A DNA stretch of 63,468 bases, filler included, from Neolecta irregularis DAH-3 (taxonomy: Eukaryota), in assembly GCA_001929475.1 (NCBI GenBank). It is 8 parts of 8 records of this genome, joined end to end, with 100 filler letters (N's around TTAATTAATTAA, not from the genome) between each part and the next. Parts side by side here need not be neighbours in the genome. Positions count along the whole stretch, not along the records: positions 12,582 to 29,845 come from LXFE01000835.1; positions 29,946 to 33,344 come from LXFE01000838.1; positions 33,445 to 35,594 come from LXFE01000842.1; positions 35,695 to 38,196 come from LXFE01000844.1; positions 38,297 to 39,964 come from LXFE01000847.1; 3 more parts are not named here. One strand, 5' to 3'. The notes beneath the pieces are model-generated. The model was not told where the DNA came from. It worked only from the letters and a program-made list of their open reading frames with translations, and did not search any database. This document shows, one piece after another, positions 25,623 to 38,729 of this stretch (position 1 is its first letter; the number at the start of each line of letters is the position of its first letter). A program made the translations under genes and the position numbers.

Positions 25623-28168
25623 ATGACATCTCCATATTCAGACAAACGCGGGTGGCGCAGATCCAGACTACCAGACTATCCAACAGCCATTCAGGTGAGT
25701 TTTGGAAAAGAAAATTCGTGATGGATTTTAGGATTACGATCTTTGCAAATCAGTTGGAAAAGGCGCGTTCGGTGAAGTATTTAAAGCTCAATTATCCCAC
25801 GGCGAGAGAAGGGGCCAGAAGGTCGCAGTCAAAATTGTATTTTAGCTAGCAGTTGAGACGTCTGTTGACATATGCTAGATCGATAAAGGACTTCTCAATA
25901 CACCTCTCCGAAGACGTAGAATCGCAAATGAAGTCTCTATCCTCTCGAAACTTTCACATCCCTCAATCCTCCAACATTTGACCTCATTTGAAGATGAGCG
26001 ATGCGTTTATCTCGTCAGCGAACTGTGTTCCATGGGCAGTTTGTATCGATATCTTGCCGATTTCCCGGATGGACTAGAAGAAGATGAAGCAAGAGGCGTA
26101 ATGAAGAGTCTAGCCCAGGGTGTTGAATATCTTCATTCAAAACGAATTATGCATAGGGATTTAAAATTGAGTAATGTGCTTCTGAATTCGGATATGACTG
26201 TGGTATGCAATCATTCTCTTTCCGTCTTATTTCTCCTTCGAAGCGAAAGCTAATAAATTAATTCAGAAAATTGCGGACTTTGGTTTAGCTACTCGTATTG
26301 ATCTTCGAGAAGATGATGAGCTCACATTATGCGGAACTCCAAATTATATCTCACCGTAAATTCTTACTTGAAACATTTTAGTGCCTGATCGATTGTAGTG
26401 AGGTTATTGCTCGACAACCATATGGTTTAGAAACGGATATTTGGAGTCTAGGATGTATGTTTGTCTGTCTTCTTACCGGTCGCCCGCCATTCCAATCTGA
26501 TCAAGTTCAAGAAACGTTATCTCTTGTTTCCCATGGTTCTTATACGTTACCGAAACATTTATCGCACGAGACGAAAGATTTAATAAAAAGACTGTTGCAG
26601 TTGGTATGTCCAGCTATTTCTTGCAGGGTCATCAATTTGAAATTGACGAATTAGGATCCAAAGAAACGGCTACCGGCATCTCAAATACTTCAACATCACT
26701 TCTTTTCGCCGTCATTATCAATTCTCCCTCTTCCTGAGCTTAAAGAATCTCCGAAACAATACTCGTGGTATTCGAAGAAAATTCTCCCTGAGAAAGCAGA
26801 AGAGACCTTTGCGAAATATGTTCATCCGGACCGACGGAAAGGTCTTAATACCGTCATTGAAGAGATCCTCGATTCACGGAAACTCTCGGAGCATTCTATT
26901 AAATCACTCCCGATCCCTGAACAGACTAGTCCGATATCGAAACTACGGAAACCGCAAAATCGATTTGCAAAAAGTCCCAGCGAGAGGATATTTGTTACTC
27001 CAGCTCCCCCACCTCCTCCACGAGCGTTTCAGGGCGTCGAAACGATGTTGGAAGAGTTTGAATGGCAAAGAGATGCGCCTCCTGTATTAGAGAGAGCACT
27101 CTCGCGTCGAAGAGGGAGGGAAAATGAAGGTCTGAGCACAGTACTGTCCGAATTAGAGGGTCTTCAAGGCCGAAAGGAGAAGTCTACAGAGCGCGTGGAG
27201 CGAAGGACTAGTTTTGATGTGAAATCTTCCCGACATGATCGTACAGTTTCTTTGTCACGACAACTGATCTTCAATAGATAATCCGCCAAATATTCTGTCA
27301 AATTTGCTGGCCCGGTCTCCTCAAAAGCTCCCCGCCCCTCATTCACCGGTATTCAAATACCGTTTCACAACAACCGATATCAAACCATTAACGCAGCGCA
27401 CGAAAGCTGGGCTAATTATTGTCGACGAAAACGGCATTGTTCTCGATTTGGATGATTTGAATTGTTCCGTTTCAATTACAGGCGATGGTGAAAATGTTTC
27501 AGTCGGACGTAGACGATTTCCCCTTGACCAACTTCCCGCGAAATATCTGTACGCTTACCGATATGCGAGCAAATTCATAAGTGTAATCCGCGCAAAAACC
27601 CCTAAAGTCTATTTCCCCCTTCACAGAACTTTGATTTTGACGATTCTAGGTAACTGTTGATTTGCCTGGCGGACGTGTCCGTGTTATGCTCGATGGGACG
27701 TTTGAGTCGCGAATCCAGGTCAAGTCGCACACAATACTTGTCCGGTTATCTGCAGATTCCAAATTTTTAAAAATCCTTGTCTCAGATTCACTTGTTTGGT
27801 CCGGAGATCCGGCGTTTTTACCGCGCAAATTTCTGAAAATATGGAGTAAGACGAGGAACTGGAGGAAACAGGTTCTCTCTCTTATCAATGCATCTTCGGA
27901 AGACGAAGACAATGAAGACAATGAGAAGGATATTGCGAATGAAACAACCGCTCGGTATATGGAAAATATTGGTTGGTGTACACTTGACTCTTGCAATCGG
28001 TGGGGACTGTTGTTTGCCGACGGCGTGAGATGTAAGATTGACGAGAAACGGGAGAAAGTTGTGTGGGTAGATTCTTCAGGTCGAAAATCGGTTTATGAAA
28101 TGAACGGGATGCCTCGATGGGTCAAGGAACGGGTTGGTTTGTTGGGCGAAATGAAACCGCTTTTTTGA
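25623..28168 (+). CDS. PLK4: Polo-like kinase 4 (PLK4/SAK)-type Ser/Thr kinase with cryptic polo box and PB3
   Basis: [57 protein letters not shown]1-like IKPLTQRTK...[31 protein letters not shown]3-like YMENIGW...FADG...MPRWVKERV. Confidence 0.85.
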
Positions 28169-28849
28169 TACTTGTAAATGATATGCGCGGCTGCGATATT
28201 GGGCTGAATTAATCTCTCGATTGACTGTATTTTCTAATGAGCTTTCATGAGTAAAGCGAAGATATGAGGGAGTAAGGTTCCTTGATGAATATGAAAGTTT
28301 TGCTGGAGGGATCTACCAAGAACTACTTGTTAGGTTCGAAGCAAGTTCGAAGACAGGGTCTCTTATAGTCCTGTTTAGAGATGCATATGTGTGAAAATGT
28401 CCCTGCCAGCTAGCTGAGGGAAGAATGATCAACTTTAACAGGTCACAGAAATATCTCTTCAGCAAATGGTTGTGCTCGGTAAAGAATCAAGGTGACCACA
28501 AAACAAAAAGACGTCGAAATTTAATGAATAAATAAATAATTATTTGGGTACTGAGTGGTACGACAGATAAAATGCCTCTGCGGTACCGTTTATCTCTGGT
28601 TAATTAGCATCCCAACTAAATTAAATTATCATGACTGAATGTTTCAAATTGTTTCACATCCAAGAAAAATTGCAATAGTGTGCCGAACTTGAAAATTCTG
28701 CCAAGCCAAAGCCTCTAAGCTAAGCTTGTATTAACTATATAGACATTGGTAAACTGCTTCAGCTCCTAAACTTCCTCAGAGTCTCTGGAAGTGGTTCGTC
28801 TTACCTTTGCATCTGAACTTCTGCAATGTCTGCATCTTCCCCTGCTTTA

Positions 28850-28935
28850 ATCTCAATGAATTATTTTGGACCGTTGGAAAGCCCTCATCAAGGCGCATCC
28901 GCTGGTGGTAATTAAATTTTCATGTGATGTGTTTT
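28850..28935. repeat. Dispersed repeat fragment (copy at about 35300-35385); 29751-29845 also matches about 35047-35090 and 35420-35451
   Basis: TCTCAATGA...ACCGTTGGAAA.CCCTCATC.AGGC.CATCCGC; CAGGCTGTTA.GTTGTATGGCGGTTTGGC; CTTTGACTTTCTTGTATTGAATTTGTTGGCA. Confidence 0.7.
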
Positions 28936-29945
28936 TTGCAGTAAGGAAACACTTCTGTAGGATTCTCTGAGTGACTCGTGTTCAATACTATGTCCATCAT
29001 GATTGGAGCCCATACGCGACGCCCATGGAAATTCCTATTTCAAGTAACCCTAACCTATATCATTAGATTATTAAAGCACTCTGAAACCACACAGCAGTAT
29101 TCTCAGGCTTTGGAACATATGTGCAAATGATTTCATTATGGAGATAAAATGGCATATATCTCTTCAATCGCAATCTATAATATCTTGCCTGTTTTGATGT
29201 GTCATTTGAGTCATATCAAAATCCTTATTCCATGAACAAGCAGACTTGCTAATAAGTAAACCTTTCATGTCAAATTTGCTTGCTTACTTGCTTTGTAAGC
29301 AAGTAAGCAAGCAAGTCTGGCAGACAAAAATTGGCAAGTAAGCAAGTACAAAAACGTAGACTTGCTTGAATGGACTTGATAGACTTGATAGTTTAAGACT
29401 TTTAATGACATTGAATATTTTCTTAATACTTCTACCAAATATCATCTGCATTGTCCCAGGATATATTATCATATTGAAATGTAAATTCCAATCATCAATA
29501 TGGATTCCAGCATACCTCAGGATCTTACCACAGCAAATATTTCAACTTTTCAAGACCAGACACCTTCAATATCACCCAGTGAGATTGAGATTGGTATCAT
29601 TGGTATATCCACCCCTGGTCCTGAACTTGAAAATGATGATGGCAACTATGATGGCATTGATTGGAACTGACTACCAGATTACTAAAGACCCTATAAGGAG
29701 CTCCAATGAACTCCAAGCTTTATTTGGAAGTATGGCTATTGTATTCAGACCAGGCTGTTATGTTGTATGGCGGTTTGGCAGTTTCCTCCATGTGATACTT
29801 CTTCAAAGGTCCCCCTTTGACTTTCTTGTATTGAATTTGTTGGCANNNNNNNNNNNNNNNNNNNNNNNNNNNNNNNNNNNNNNNNNNNNTTAATTAATTA
29901 ANNNNNNNNNNNNNNNNNNNNNNNNNNNNNNNNNNNNNNNNNNNN

Positions 29946-31262
29946 AGAATGTCCTCAGTTTTGGCAAAGTTGGAAAGTATTTCGTTGGAAAGTTTATCCC
30001 AAACATTCTTGTATTTGAGGAGGTAATACATGACCCCAGTTAAGGCGGTACTATGGGTAAGAAAAATTCGCTCGAGACAAGAGGAAAACCTTGAAGTATC
30101 AGAGCCAGCAATCATCAATAACGCGGCTTCGGCGCGCAGTTCATTATTATCAAACTTGGTCCCAGCTAGATATCAGCGACGATGGCAATGAGATTGAGAA
30201 CTCTCCGGATCAACAGCTCGCACGAGAAAACTAAGAAAGTCCTTCTTCCCTTCGATTTCTCGTGTTAATCGTTCTTCCAAGTTCTTTAGTGAGAACTGCA
30301 AAGTCAACCGACGTCCTCCATAATGGAGTAACCATCACAAAATTATATCGATCAACAATATACTTTTTAGGCTCCAGCCAGTCTCGGAACCTAAGCCAAG
30401 TTTAAAAACGTGAAGTATAGTATGTTCTTACTTTAATGCAAAGGGATAGGATCCAAAGATCAGCCCGGATCTACCAACGGCATGAATTGCATCGAGAACT
30501 GGTACTTCACAAGCCCCGTCATTCTCAATCATCTGAAAACTCTTCCCGAAACTACCTGTCAGCGAAGGCTTGAACAAACTGGGTACCAGAGAACACCCAT
30601 GATATCAAAAGTCAAGAAATCGAGATAACTACTGATATCATATATCTTGCTTCCTCCTTCGGCCTTGATTTCGCGCCTCATTTTCTCACACAATAGATCG
30701 GTTTTCTCAATCATAACCCATTCCATTTGTACCATATTCTTAGCAGCCATGACAGAAGAGATGATTCGACGTTTCCGAGAATTCTTTGCGATATTACGCT
30801 CAGAGAATATATTGTATTGATGTGCTGGTGTGTTCATTGCATCATAGAAAGCGGGTTTGAGCAACCGTTTCCCATGGCCATATATCTCTTTGATGGCAGA
30901 GGCATCAGCTATGGATAACTCATTTGGACCCATGCGAAAAATATCTCCTGTTCTAATGAATTGGAGAATATAACGGTGTAAATACCATATTTCTTATGAT
31001 ACTTTTCCAAAACGAGGTGCCGATCACCGCGAATTGTCAAGTACGTATGATACAGCGGCGTGATTTTTGAAAGAAAAGGTCCAGGGAATTTTGCCAATGG
31101 ATGAAAGAATATTCTGTAAACGCATAAAGTAACGAACTGCAAGGATTAGGCCATAAATGAATTGATGCTCACATAAAAGAGGATCGGTCCAAATACAAGA
31201 TGAGCCAGACTCCATTCCTCGAACAAATGAAGGGCTGTAGTGAAGTCGAAAGGATGGCTCAT
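29946..31262 (-). CDS. Cytochrome P450, N-terminal part running into a gap
   Basis: YRIFFHPLAKFPGP, GPNELSI, FDIMGVLCFGKSF, I-helix AGSDTS. Confidence 0.92.
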
Positions 31263-32803
31263 GCCTGTTTGAGCGCTCAACGGGATGCATCTTGTCGTAT
31301 TTTATACAGTTTCCAGAGGGTGTGGTATAACAATGGTCAAGCTCTCCTGAGAAAAAGCGCTGCGATCAGCAAATTTTACTAGAGAAAGAGTTCTCCAAAC
31401 TCTACTTTGTGACACTATACTGCTAATTGAATGAACTTGTCGAAAGCCATGCGAGATTTAGTCTTACGATCGACAAACTATCGCGCAACACAGTGAATCA
31501 ATGAACACAAAGGTTAGACAACCTTAGAGACGAGAGCTTCTCTTGTCTAATTCAAGCGAACAAAGAGCTCGTCTTGTTGATCAGTCACAATTGGAAAATT
31601 TAAAAGTATTGTCGAGGTTTGTCCATGCACATGACTAGTAGGTGATTGAACGAAGGTCAGCAAATATATACCCAGCACACTCCATTCTTTCTTCCTTCTG
31701 ATTTCCGCCTTTTTTGTCAGGTTCATCTTCTCAATTATGTTTCTTCGTAAACAGTGCCAACTAGGTTTATGTATTATCTCTAGGTATCGTCCTGCGTTGC
31801 GCCATTATTATTGGACAGGCTGTAAAACGGTTTTTTTTATCTTTTCGCAGTTACCTCTGTCTAGTCCCCAACGCTCTGTCGCTTCGTTGCTATCACTATC
31901 CCTGACCATTCTATTTTCTCCCTGCATCCACCTCTACCCCTGTCTCGATGATCATCAACACTTATGCTTACCCTAATATAAAACCCATGTGTGAGCGCTG
32001 GGTGTCCGAACTTGCCGCTCAGGAGGCTTCGCTGGGAATATAAGATCGCGATTCAGGAAATAAAGCCAACTACGTATATTCTTGCTCCGGTTTGGTCTGG
32101 CTTGCTAATCAAGCCAGGCCCTACTTATAGAAGAACTGGCACATGCGCTTCCTCATCTCTGTTTGCCTCCCCGCATACCTCTCGGGTGGCAAAGCTTGTG
32201 ACCGTCCTGACTTGGCTCGGTGGTACTGCTTGCCACAGTCAGGCTGCATTGATTAGCGTCGATGTCAGTGAGTCTTGAACCGTTGGGGGAGTCATTGTGG
32301 CTTGCGACGAGGGCTGCCGGTGCTCTCTGATCGTGGGGCATGATTAAGTCCCCACACCATGCGGTCTCAATCCCGGCTTTGTCGAAACCAGAACTGATCA
32401 GACTCGTCTCACCCTGGCGTTCTCGAACTAGGAACCCTGCTAGTTCACCCCTGTAGTTTTTACCTTGCCTTTTTTTCTTGATTTTCTCCTTCTTTCTGAC
32501 ATCTGATCTGCGGATAGTCTATATAAAACTACCTAGTTCCTCCTTTTATGCAAAATTGCGGAGTCAGGTTGCAGCCTTTAATTTTCAATATTCAGCAAGC
32601 TAAATCCTCTACCAAACCACAGTAGTCCATGTGCTCCAAGATATATTTCATATTCTGTAATGCAACATATATATGACGACATTTTTGGTATTTAAGGACG
32701 AGTAGAATGCAGTATTCAAGAGGTCAGACAGCAGTCTCTTATTTATATACCTATATATCTGTGTGAGGATAACAAGAACGCCATGCAATAATCTACGTAT
32801 TGT

Positions 32804-33344
32804 TCAATGCTGCCGGATCGTAAGTCTGATCGGTAGAGGTGGCCTTTTCGTGATGAATAAGTCTATCATTCCGTATTGCTCGGCCTTGTTCACCAAATCA
32901 CCATCAAAATGAAAAATAAATTTCGCCAGGATCATTCGCATCTCGATATATGCCATGTTTCGACCAATGCAAGCCCGTGGACCATACGAGAAAGGGTTCA
33001 GTGGATCTCGTTGGATGTCTTCTTCAAGCCATCGTTCCGGTCTGAACGTGTGCGCCTCAGGATAGTATCGATCGTCATAGTGAATTGTCCAGGTGTGAGT
33101 ACTGATCTGGGTGTCTGGAGGAATAACGTGATTCCCAATGATGATTCCATTTGATCCCACGGTTCGTGGAAGACCGCCTTGTAAAGTCAGAATAATCTCT
33201 CATTGTTGAGCACCTGGGACCGGAGGAAACATTCGCAGGCCTTCATCTATGCATGCGTTGAGATAAGGTAGGTCTGTCAATTTTGCGGAGAGAATGTCCT
33301 CAGTTTTGGCAAAGTTGGAAAGTATTTCGTTGGAAAGTTTATCC
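32804..33344 (-). CDS. Cytochrome P450, C-terminal part
   Basis: LPYLNACIDEGLR (ExxR), FRPERW, PFSYGPRACIG heme motif; overlaps the N-terminal part by 54 identical nt. Confidence 0.93.
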
Positions 33345-33444
33345 NNNNNNNNNNNNNNNNNNNNNNNNNNNNNNNNNNNNNNNNNNNNTTAATTAATTAA
33401 NNNNNNNNNNNNNNNNNNNNNNNNNNNNNNNNNNNNNNNNNNNN

Positions 33445-34763
33445 TAAGCCTTCATCTGCCATTGAATCGATGGTAGTCTTCCGGTCAATAGTTTCAAAAA
33501 TCTTCTTCCCGGCTCCTGCAGCAGTTGTAAATGATGTAATATTTGGCCCAATTTGGCCTAGTGCAAAGGACCCTATGGCAACGGCAAAGAAGACGTTGAT
33601 AATGGTACCAGGTTTAAGTTCTCCTCGAAGAAGCATTCGAGCTCCTTCCCAAAATGCAAGTGCCTGCTCCTATAAGTAATCGAGAAAGGTAAGAAATACT
33701 TACGTATGCTGAGAACATAACAAACCAAAGAGAAGCAAACATTACCCCAACAGCAACAGCCTTCTTTCTACCCACTTTGTATGCAAGCGTAAGATGATCA
33801 TAGTATATTGCCGAAACCTTATCTTGAGTTCCAAAAGCCTGAACGCTACGAATACTGCTAAAAACTTCCTCGGCTAAAGTCCCTCCGACGGAATAAACAT
33901 TTAGTGACTCTTTAGAGTATTTACTGAGCAATATGGAGATCGAGCCCACTATGCCGGCGAGGAGTGGCACAATACAGGACATGATTAATGTGAGTCTCCA
34001 GCTCTTGATAAAAGCAATAGTGAAAGCACTGATGAACGATGAAAGAGATGAGACGACAATAACGACCTTCTCCGAAATACCGTCCTGGATAAGAGCAGTA
34101 TCGCTAAATTTTAGCTGAGTCGTTGGAAGAACTGAACTACCTTGTAATACGAGTAGTGACTGCTCCAGCACCGAGTTTATCAAAGTATGCAATGTTTTGT
34201 CGTAAAACTGCCCGCAAATAGCGCTCCCGTATTTGCCTAGTTATTCGGTCTCCAGTATATAGCCACGAGAACGTGGCAATAAAGGTAGAACAGAAAATAG
34301 CAATGGTCTTAACTTGAGTACAACAGTCAAGCAAAGGAGAATACAATATAGATGAAATACAGAGTATTATAATCAATGTCCTTCTGGAACTGATCGCCGC
34401 TGATAGATCCGGTTCCACTGGTGAACTTTGATCAGTCAACGAGACAGCAAAAGAATGTTCATACAGCTGCAAACGAATTAGTAAGTCGACCAATCACAAC
34501 AGCAGGGAGGGGAGCTGCGGCGCCAACTATTCGCAAGAGTCAATATCCTTCAGCTCATTCGGAGAGATACAAACAGCTGCCATGACCAGTCCAAGAAGCA
34601 TCAGAGCCTTATCTAATGGAGTTGAATATCGATATAATGAAAAATAGTCGACATTGTGTACATGAGTATTCGACTGCTGCCAAATAATATCGCGTTCCTC
34701 GGGGGACAGCTGCGATAATGGGTACTCATGAATCTTTTCTTGATTGATACTACCAGAGTCCAT
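33445..34763 (-). CDS. ABCB/MDR1-type ABC transporter, 5' part (TMD1), truncated by gap
   Basis: RERYLRAVLRQNIAYFDKLGAG, IQDGISEK, SWRLTL, AEEVFSSIRSVQAFG, IFETIDRK..ID. Confidence 0.92.
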
Positions 34764-34946
34764 AGAGGACGGTTTCTGGTCGGTTGCGATATACTAAGAA
34801 GAAAGGAAAGAGCAACAAGCACGCTTATAGGATAATATGGATGGAGATCTGACGAAAAGAGAAATTTACTCACTTTGGATGGAGGCTCGGAGATATGCCG
34901 GCTTTAGCATCGTGAGCGGATCAGGAAGACGCCTTTCACGCCAGTG

Positions 34947-35295
34947 TCCACCCGCCCGCCGGAGAAATCTGAACGTCGGCGGATGGATTTTTATGCCATC
35001 CGCCTTCACCAAGAGATCCAAACCACCCATCTGGAGAGTGCTCTGGCAGGCTGTTAGGTTGTATGGCGGTTTGGCGGTTTGGCAGGTTTGATAAAAGGAC
35101 GATATTGATTAAATATAGCATATGGAATGTTTCACATCAAAGAAATAGTCTGCCGAACTAGAAAATTCTGCCCAGCGCGTCCACCGGCCCGCCGGAGAAA
35201 TCTGAGCCGCCTGCCCGCCAGGGAGGCTCTGGCGGGCGGGTGGGCGGATGGATTTTTATGCCACCCACCTCAAGAGATCCCACCTGGAGAGTGCT
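34947..35295. repeat. Two direct copies of a GC-rich transposon-end motif
   Basis: GTCCACC.GCCCGCCGGAGAAATCTGA...GGATGGATTTTTATGCCA...CAAGAGATCC...CTGGAGAGTGCT at about 34947-35043 and 35179-35295. Confidence 0.75.
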
Positions 35296-35694
35296 GCAAT
35301 CTCAATGACTTTAGTACCGTTGGAAAACCCTCATCGAGGCACATCCGCCCATGATAATTACAGTTTCCTGTGATGTGTTTTGAATACAGCGCTTACATGT
35401 GATGGTTCCTATGCAGCCCGCTTTGACTTTCTTGTATTGAATTTGTTGGCAGACCATTAGTTTCGCCTTTAAATTCTGATACCAATAGTCCTTGTTTCGT
35501 TTGAATCCGTTGGTTGGTTGTTCAACTGTGAATTGATTGCCCTTTGCTCTAAGTTATGCTCGCAAGATTTGTCGCTGATCAGGTGACACGGTTCNNNNNN
35601 NNNNNNNNNNNNNNNNNNNNNNNNNNNNNNNNNNNNNNTTAATTAATTAANNNNNNNNNNNNNNNNNNNNNNNNNNNNNNNNNNNNNNNNNNNN

Positions 35695-36695
35695 TGATGC
35701 AGCAAGATGATAAACATCAAAAGGACCACCTCCGATACCTGTCCCCGCTGATGATCTATCGCTGTAAAGATTCTCTGGTAAGGGATTGAAGTTGCTTGGT
35801 AAGTGACCCTGCCCAGGAGTGGAAGATGGTTCTATGAAGTGATTCCCATCCTCGTCAATTGTAGGACGGCCTCCTACCTCTGTATCAGTGAAATGATCAA
35901 CCGGGAATAGATCATTGAGTAAGAAACTGGAGGTGCCAGATGGCTGTCCTGACCCTTTTCCATAGCCATTAAGGATCTTTGGCACTTTATGAGATACAAC
36001 TTCGGTTTGCACTTCAAAAACCTTCCGTTTGGTTGCTTTACGGTTGTGGCTTTGAGTGACTTTCGTTGCGAGGCCTGATGCTTCATTCCTTGGTGCTGAC
36101 CAATGTTTGATCCCAGGCGATTCAAGTATTCCTCCGTTCTCAGGAACTGGACGCGCAAGGTTTACAAGCTCTATGCGTGCCCAAAGTTCTTGTTCTTTTA
36201 AATCGTTCTTTCCTGAAATTTGGGCAATGATATCCTTGGCCTTGTCTAGATAATGTGAACGATCTTCTCTGCGGTACTAGTATATTAGTGCAATCAAGAG
36301 TGCAGGTATTCACCAATGCCGCCACAGAGTCTTTCAACGCTGTACGACGTGATCCGCAAGCATCGAATGAGAAAACAAGCTTTGTTTCTGGCTGTAAACG
36401 AGGATCACATCCATCTAAAACGAGTGCAACGATCAGGAAGGGAGTTCCGTACAGCTTTTTGATAGCATTGTAAGCTGATGGTGTACAAATCGGAAGTCCT
36501 AATTTAGGTTTATTTTCGAGCAAGAGTTTCCACTCGTCTACTATTTGCTGTACTGGTTTTTCGATCACGAGCGAAGTTTCTTCAGCCTGATGTGATGCAG
36601 CAAGATGAAAAACCGCAGAGGCAACAAACCATACAGACCTGGGAGAATAAGCACAAGTTTTAAGCGACACAATACCATGCAAACAACATGTTCAT
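35695..36695 (-). CDS. Secreted orphan protein, probably internally repeated; truncated by gap
   Basis: TATATAAAG upstream; MNMLFAWSVWFVASAVFHLAAS after one intron; last exon open to the gap, where HLAAS recurs. Confidence 0.55.
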
Positions 36696-37934
36696 ATAAC
36701 GGTCGTCGTGTAAGGAGAGGCTGTACTAGAAGTACGAGTTGAGACACTTGGGCTTTATATATTGCTCCTTTCGGACTCTTAAATATCTGTCTCAATATCT
36801 GTAATGACTACTTTTCAGGAAACCTTTGTGTCTCACTCGGTGACGCAGAAGGCCACACTCTGCTGTGGTCTAATGTGTTGAGACCCGAGGCTGGAGTTGT
36901 GAGTGTGTGAGCGTTCAGGTGTTCCTTTTTGTCGCTCGTGGACTTGGGTTGGTATGTTGATCGTAAGGCGGCTACAAGGTAACTACGTTTATAATCAATC
37001 TACACGGTTAAAGTCCCTCTGCTAGTCAGACGTGGACCTACTTGTATAGTAATTCCTTGAGGCGCGCCTCGCCGCTGCCTATTGGCTCCTTCCTCTACGG
37101 AGCCTCATCCGTTCCGTACATCTCCTCATTGAGCTCACTCGCTCTTCTTGCGGGGTATTTGCTCGATCGTGCCGTGAGGATATTGCCGCTCTGGGTGTCA
37201 AGGACGAGATTGGCTTCTCCTTTGAGCTGCCGCGCTCCTCTTGCGGGTATCGCGTTCGATCGCCGGTCAATGGGATGGTTACTCCCATTGATAGGGAAGC
37301 GGCCAACATCCCTATTGAGCTTCCTAGCTCTACTTGCGGATGGAGAGGTCGATTGCACTTTGAGGACGTCATTGGTTCGTTTGCCGGTGGCGGTGGCGGT
37401 GGTTATCCGTCTCTGGCTGTGGGGGTTCTGGGAATCCCCACAGAGTGTGCTGGTGCGGGAATGTGATCAATTGTTTCATTTCCTTTTGTGAAATTGTGGG
37501 GATTACCAAGCCCCCCAAGGCAGCCCAGGCCCGCCTCGCTCCCCTTGTCCGCCTCTCTCACCCGCCTGACTAGTTTGCCTTCCCCGCCCCGCGCCCATCT
37601 CTCCTACCTCACACTCCCATCTCGCCTCGCGCATCTCTCTCCTACCTCGCGCGTCCCCCTCACGCTCCTGTCTTGCGCGCCCCTTTGGCCTGCTTGACCC
37701 ACCCATCTTTAGAGCTCATCAAGCTGGTATTTATTGAGGGCAATATTTCTTATTCTATTCAACTCATGGTACTTCTTTGCCCCTAAACCCTTCTTATCAC
37801 CTACCTGAAATGCCTGGATTGAAGACTGTAAATATCTCTACTGGGCTGTGGCTGCAAAGGATCATAGTCCTCTGTAACAGACATAACGGAGGATGCAATT
37901 AAGAAGGTTGGTAGATTTATAAGTGTGGGTCTGA

Positions 37935-37989
37935 TGAGGCTGGTGGATTTGGTGGTGAGGCCCGACGATTCCACAGGTGGGACAGAACA
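37935..37989. mobile_element. Isolated TIR end of a TGTTCT-terminated (Ginger-like) element; related end at 39900-39964
   Basis: Reverse complement TGTTCTGTCCCACCTGTGGAATCG...CCTCACCACCAAATCCAC matches 39900-39964. Confidence 0.65.
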
Positions 37990-38729
37990 TTTTGATGGCG
38001 TCCAAACACATCCACCATGAGACAGGGAAAGACAAACAGTTTAGAGTGCCTGGAATGGGTATAAAGCGTGTGGCACCGCTGACGAGATATTGACTGCCAT
38101 ACCAAAATTCAACTCAAAGTCCGTCAACCTACTCACCTGTCCATTTTCCTCTTTGACCGGATCCAGGATGATGATGGCGGGTATTTCCTTTTCTTANNNN
38201 NNNNNNNNNNNNNNNNNNNNNNNNNNNNNNNNNNNNNNNNTTAATTAATTAANNNNNNNNNNNNNNNNNNNNNNNNNNNNNNNNNNNNNNNNNNNNTATA
38301 AGGGACATTAGATAGAAATGTATATAAAGGCTGCGCTCACATATCTTAGTCTAAGCTCACACCCCTACAAGCTTAGATTAAGGAAATATAACCTGATCTT
38401 ATTGTACTCGAGCTCCAACACTTACAGACACCATATTTTAACAATGTATTGCAGCAGGGATATGTATATGCAATACGTAAGAGAATTGAATTCATGGTCC
38501 AGTCTAATCCATTCTCGTACTTGTCGGAGGAAATGCTAGTGAACAACACTACTCCCTGAAACCTTTCAGCTTGTAAATCATTGGTGCGACAAAGAGAATG
38601 ATGCCAGGTGGAATTAAGCCATTTATATCTGCTCATGTCGATCTCACGCTATTAGTACAGATAAATCTCGCACATTGTCGCATGGAGAAACCATTGCCAG
38701 CATAGCACCTTTCCGCATCTTCTATCAAA

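Noticed and set aside
31715-32501. Possible solo LTR bounded by TGTCAG...CTGACA inside the P450 unit
   Set aside because: Only a 6-bp inverted match, no TSD and no second copy in the window
37042-37706. Overlapping ORFs in a GC-rich block with an imperfect internal repeat of about 90 bp
   Set aside because: No recognisable domain; ORFs are explained by GC content and it is likely a repeat relic
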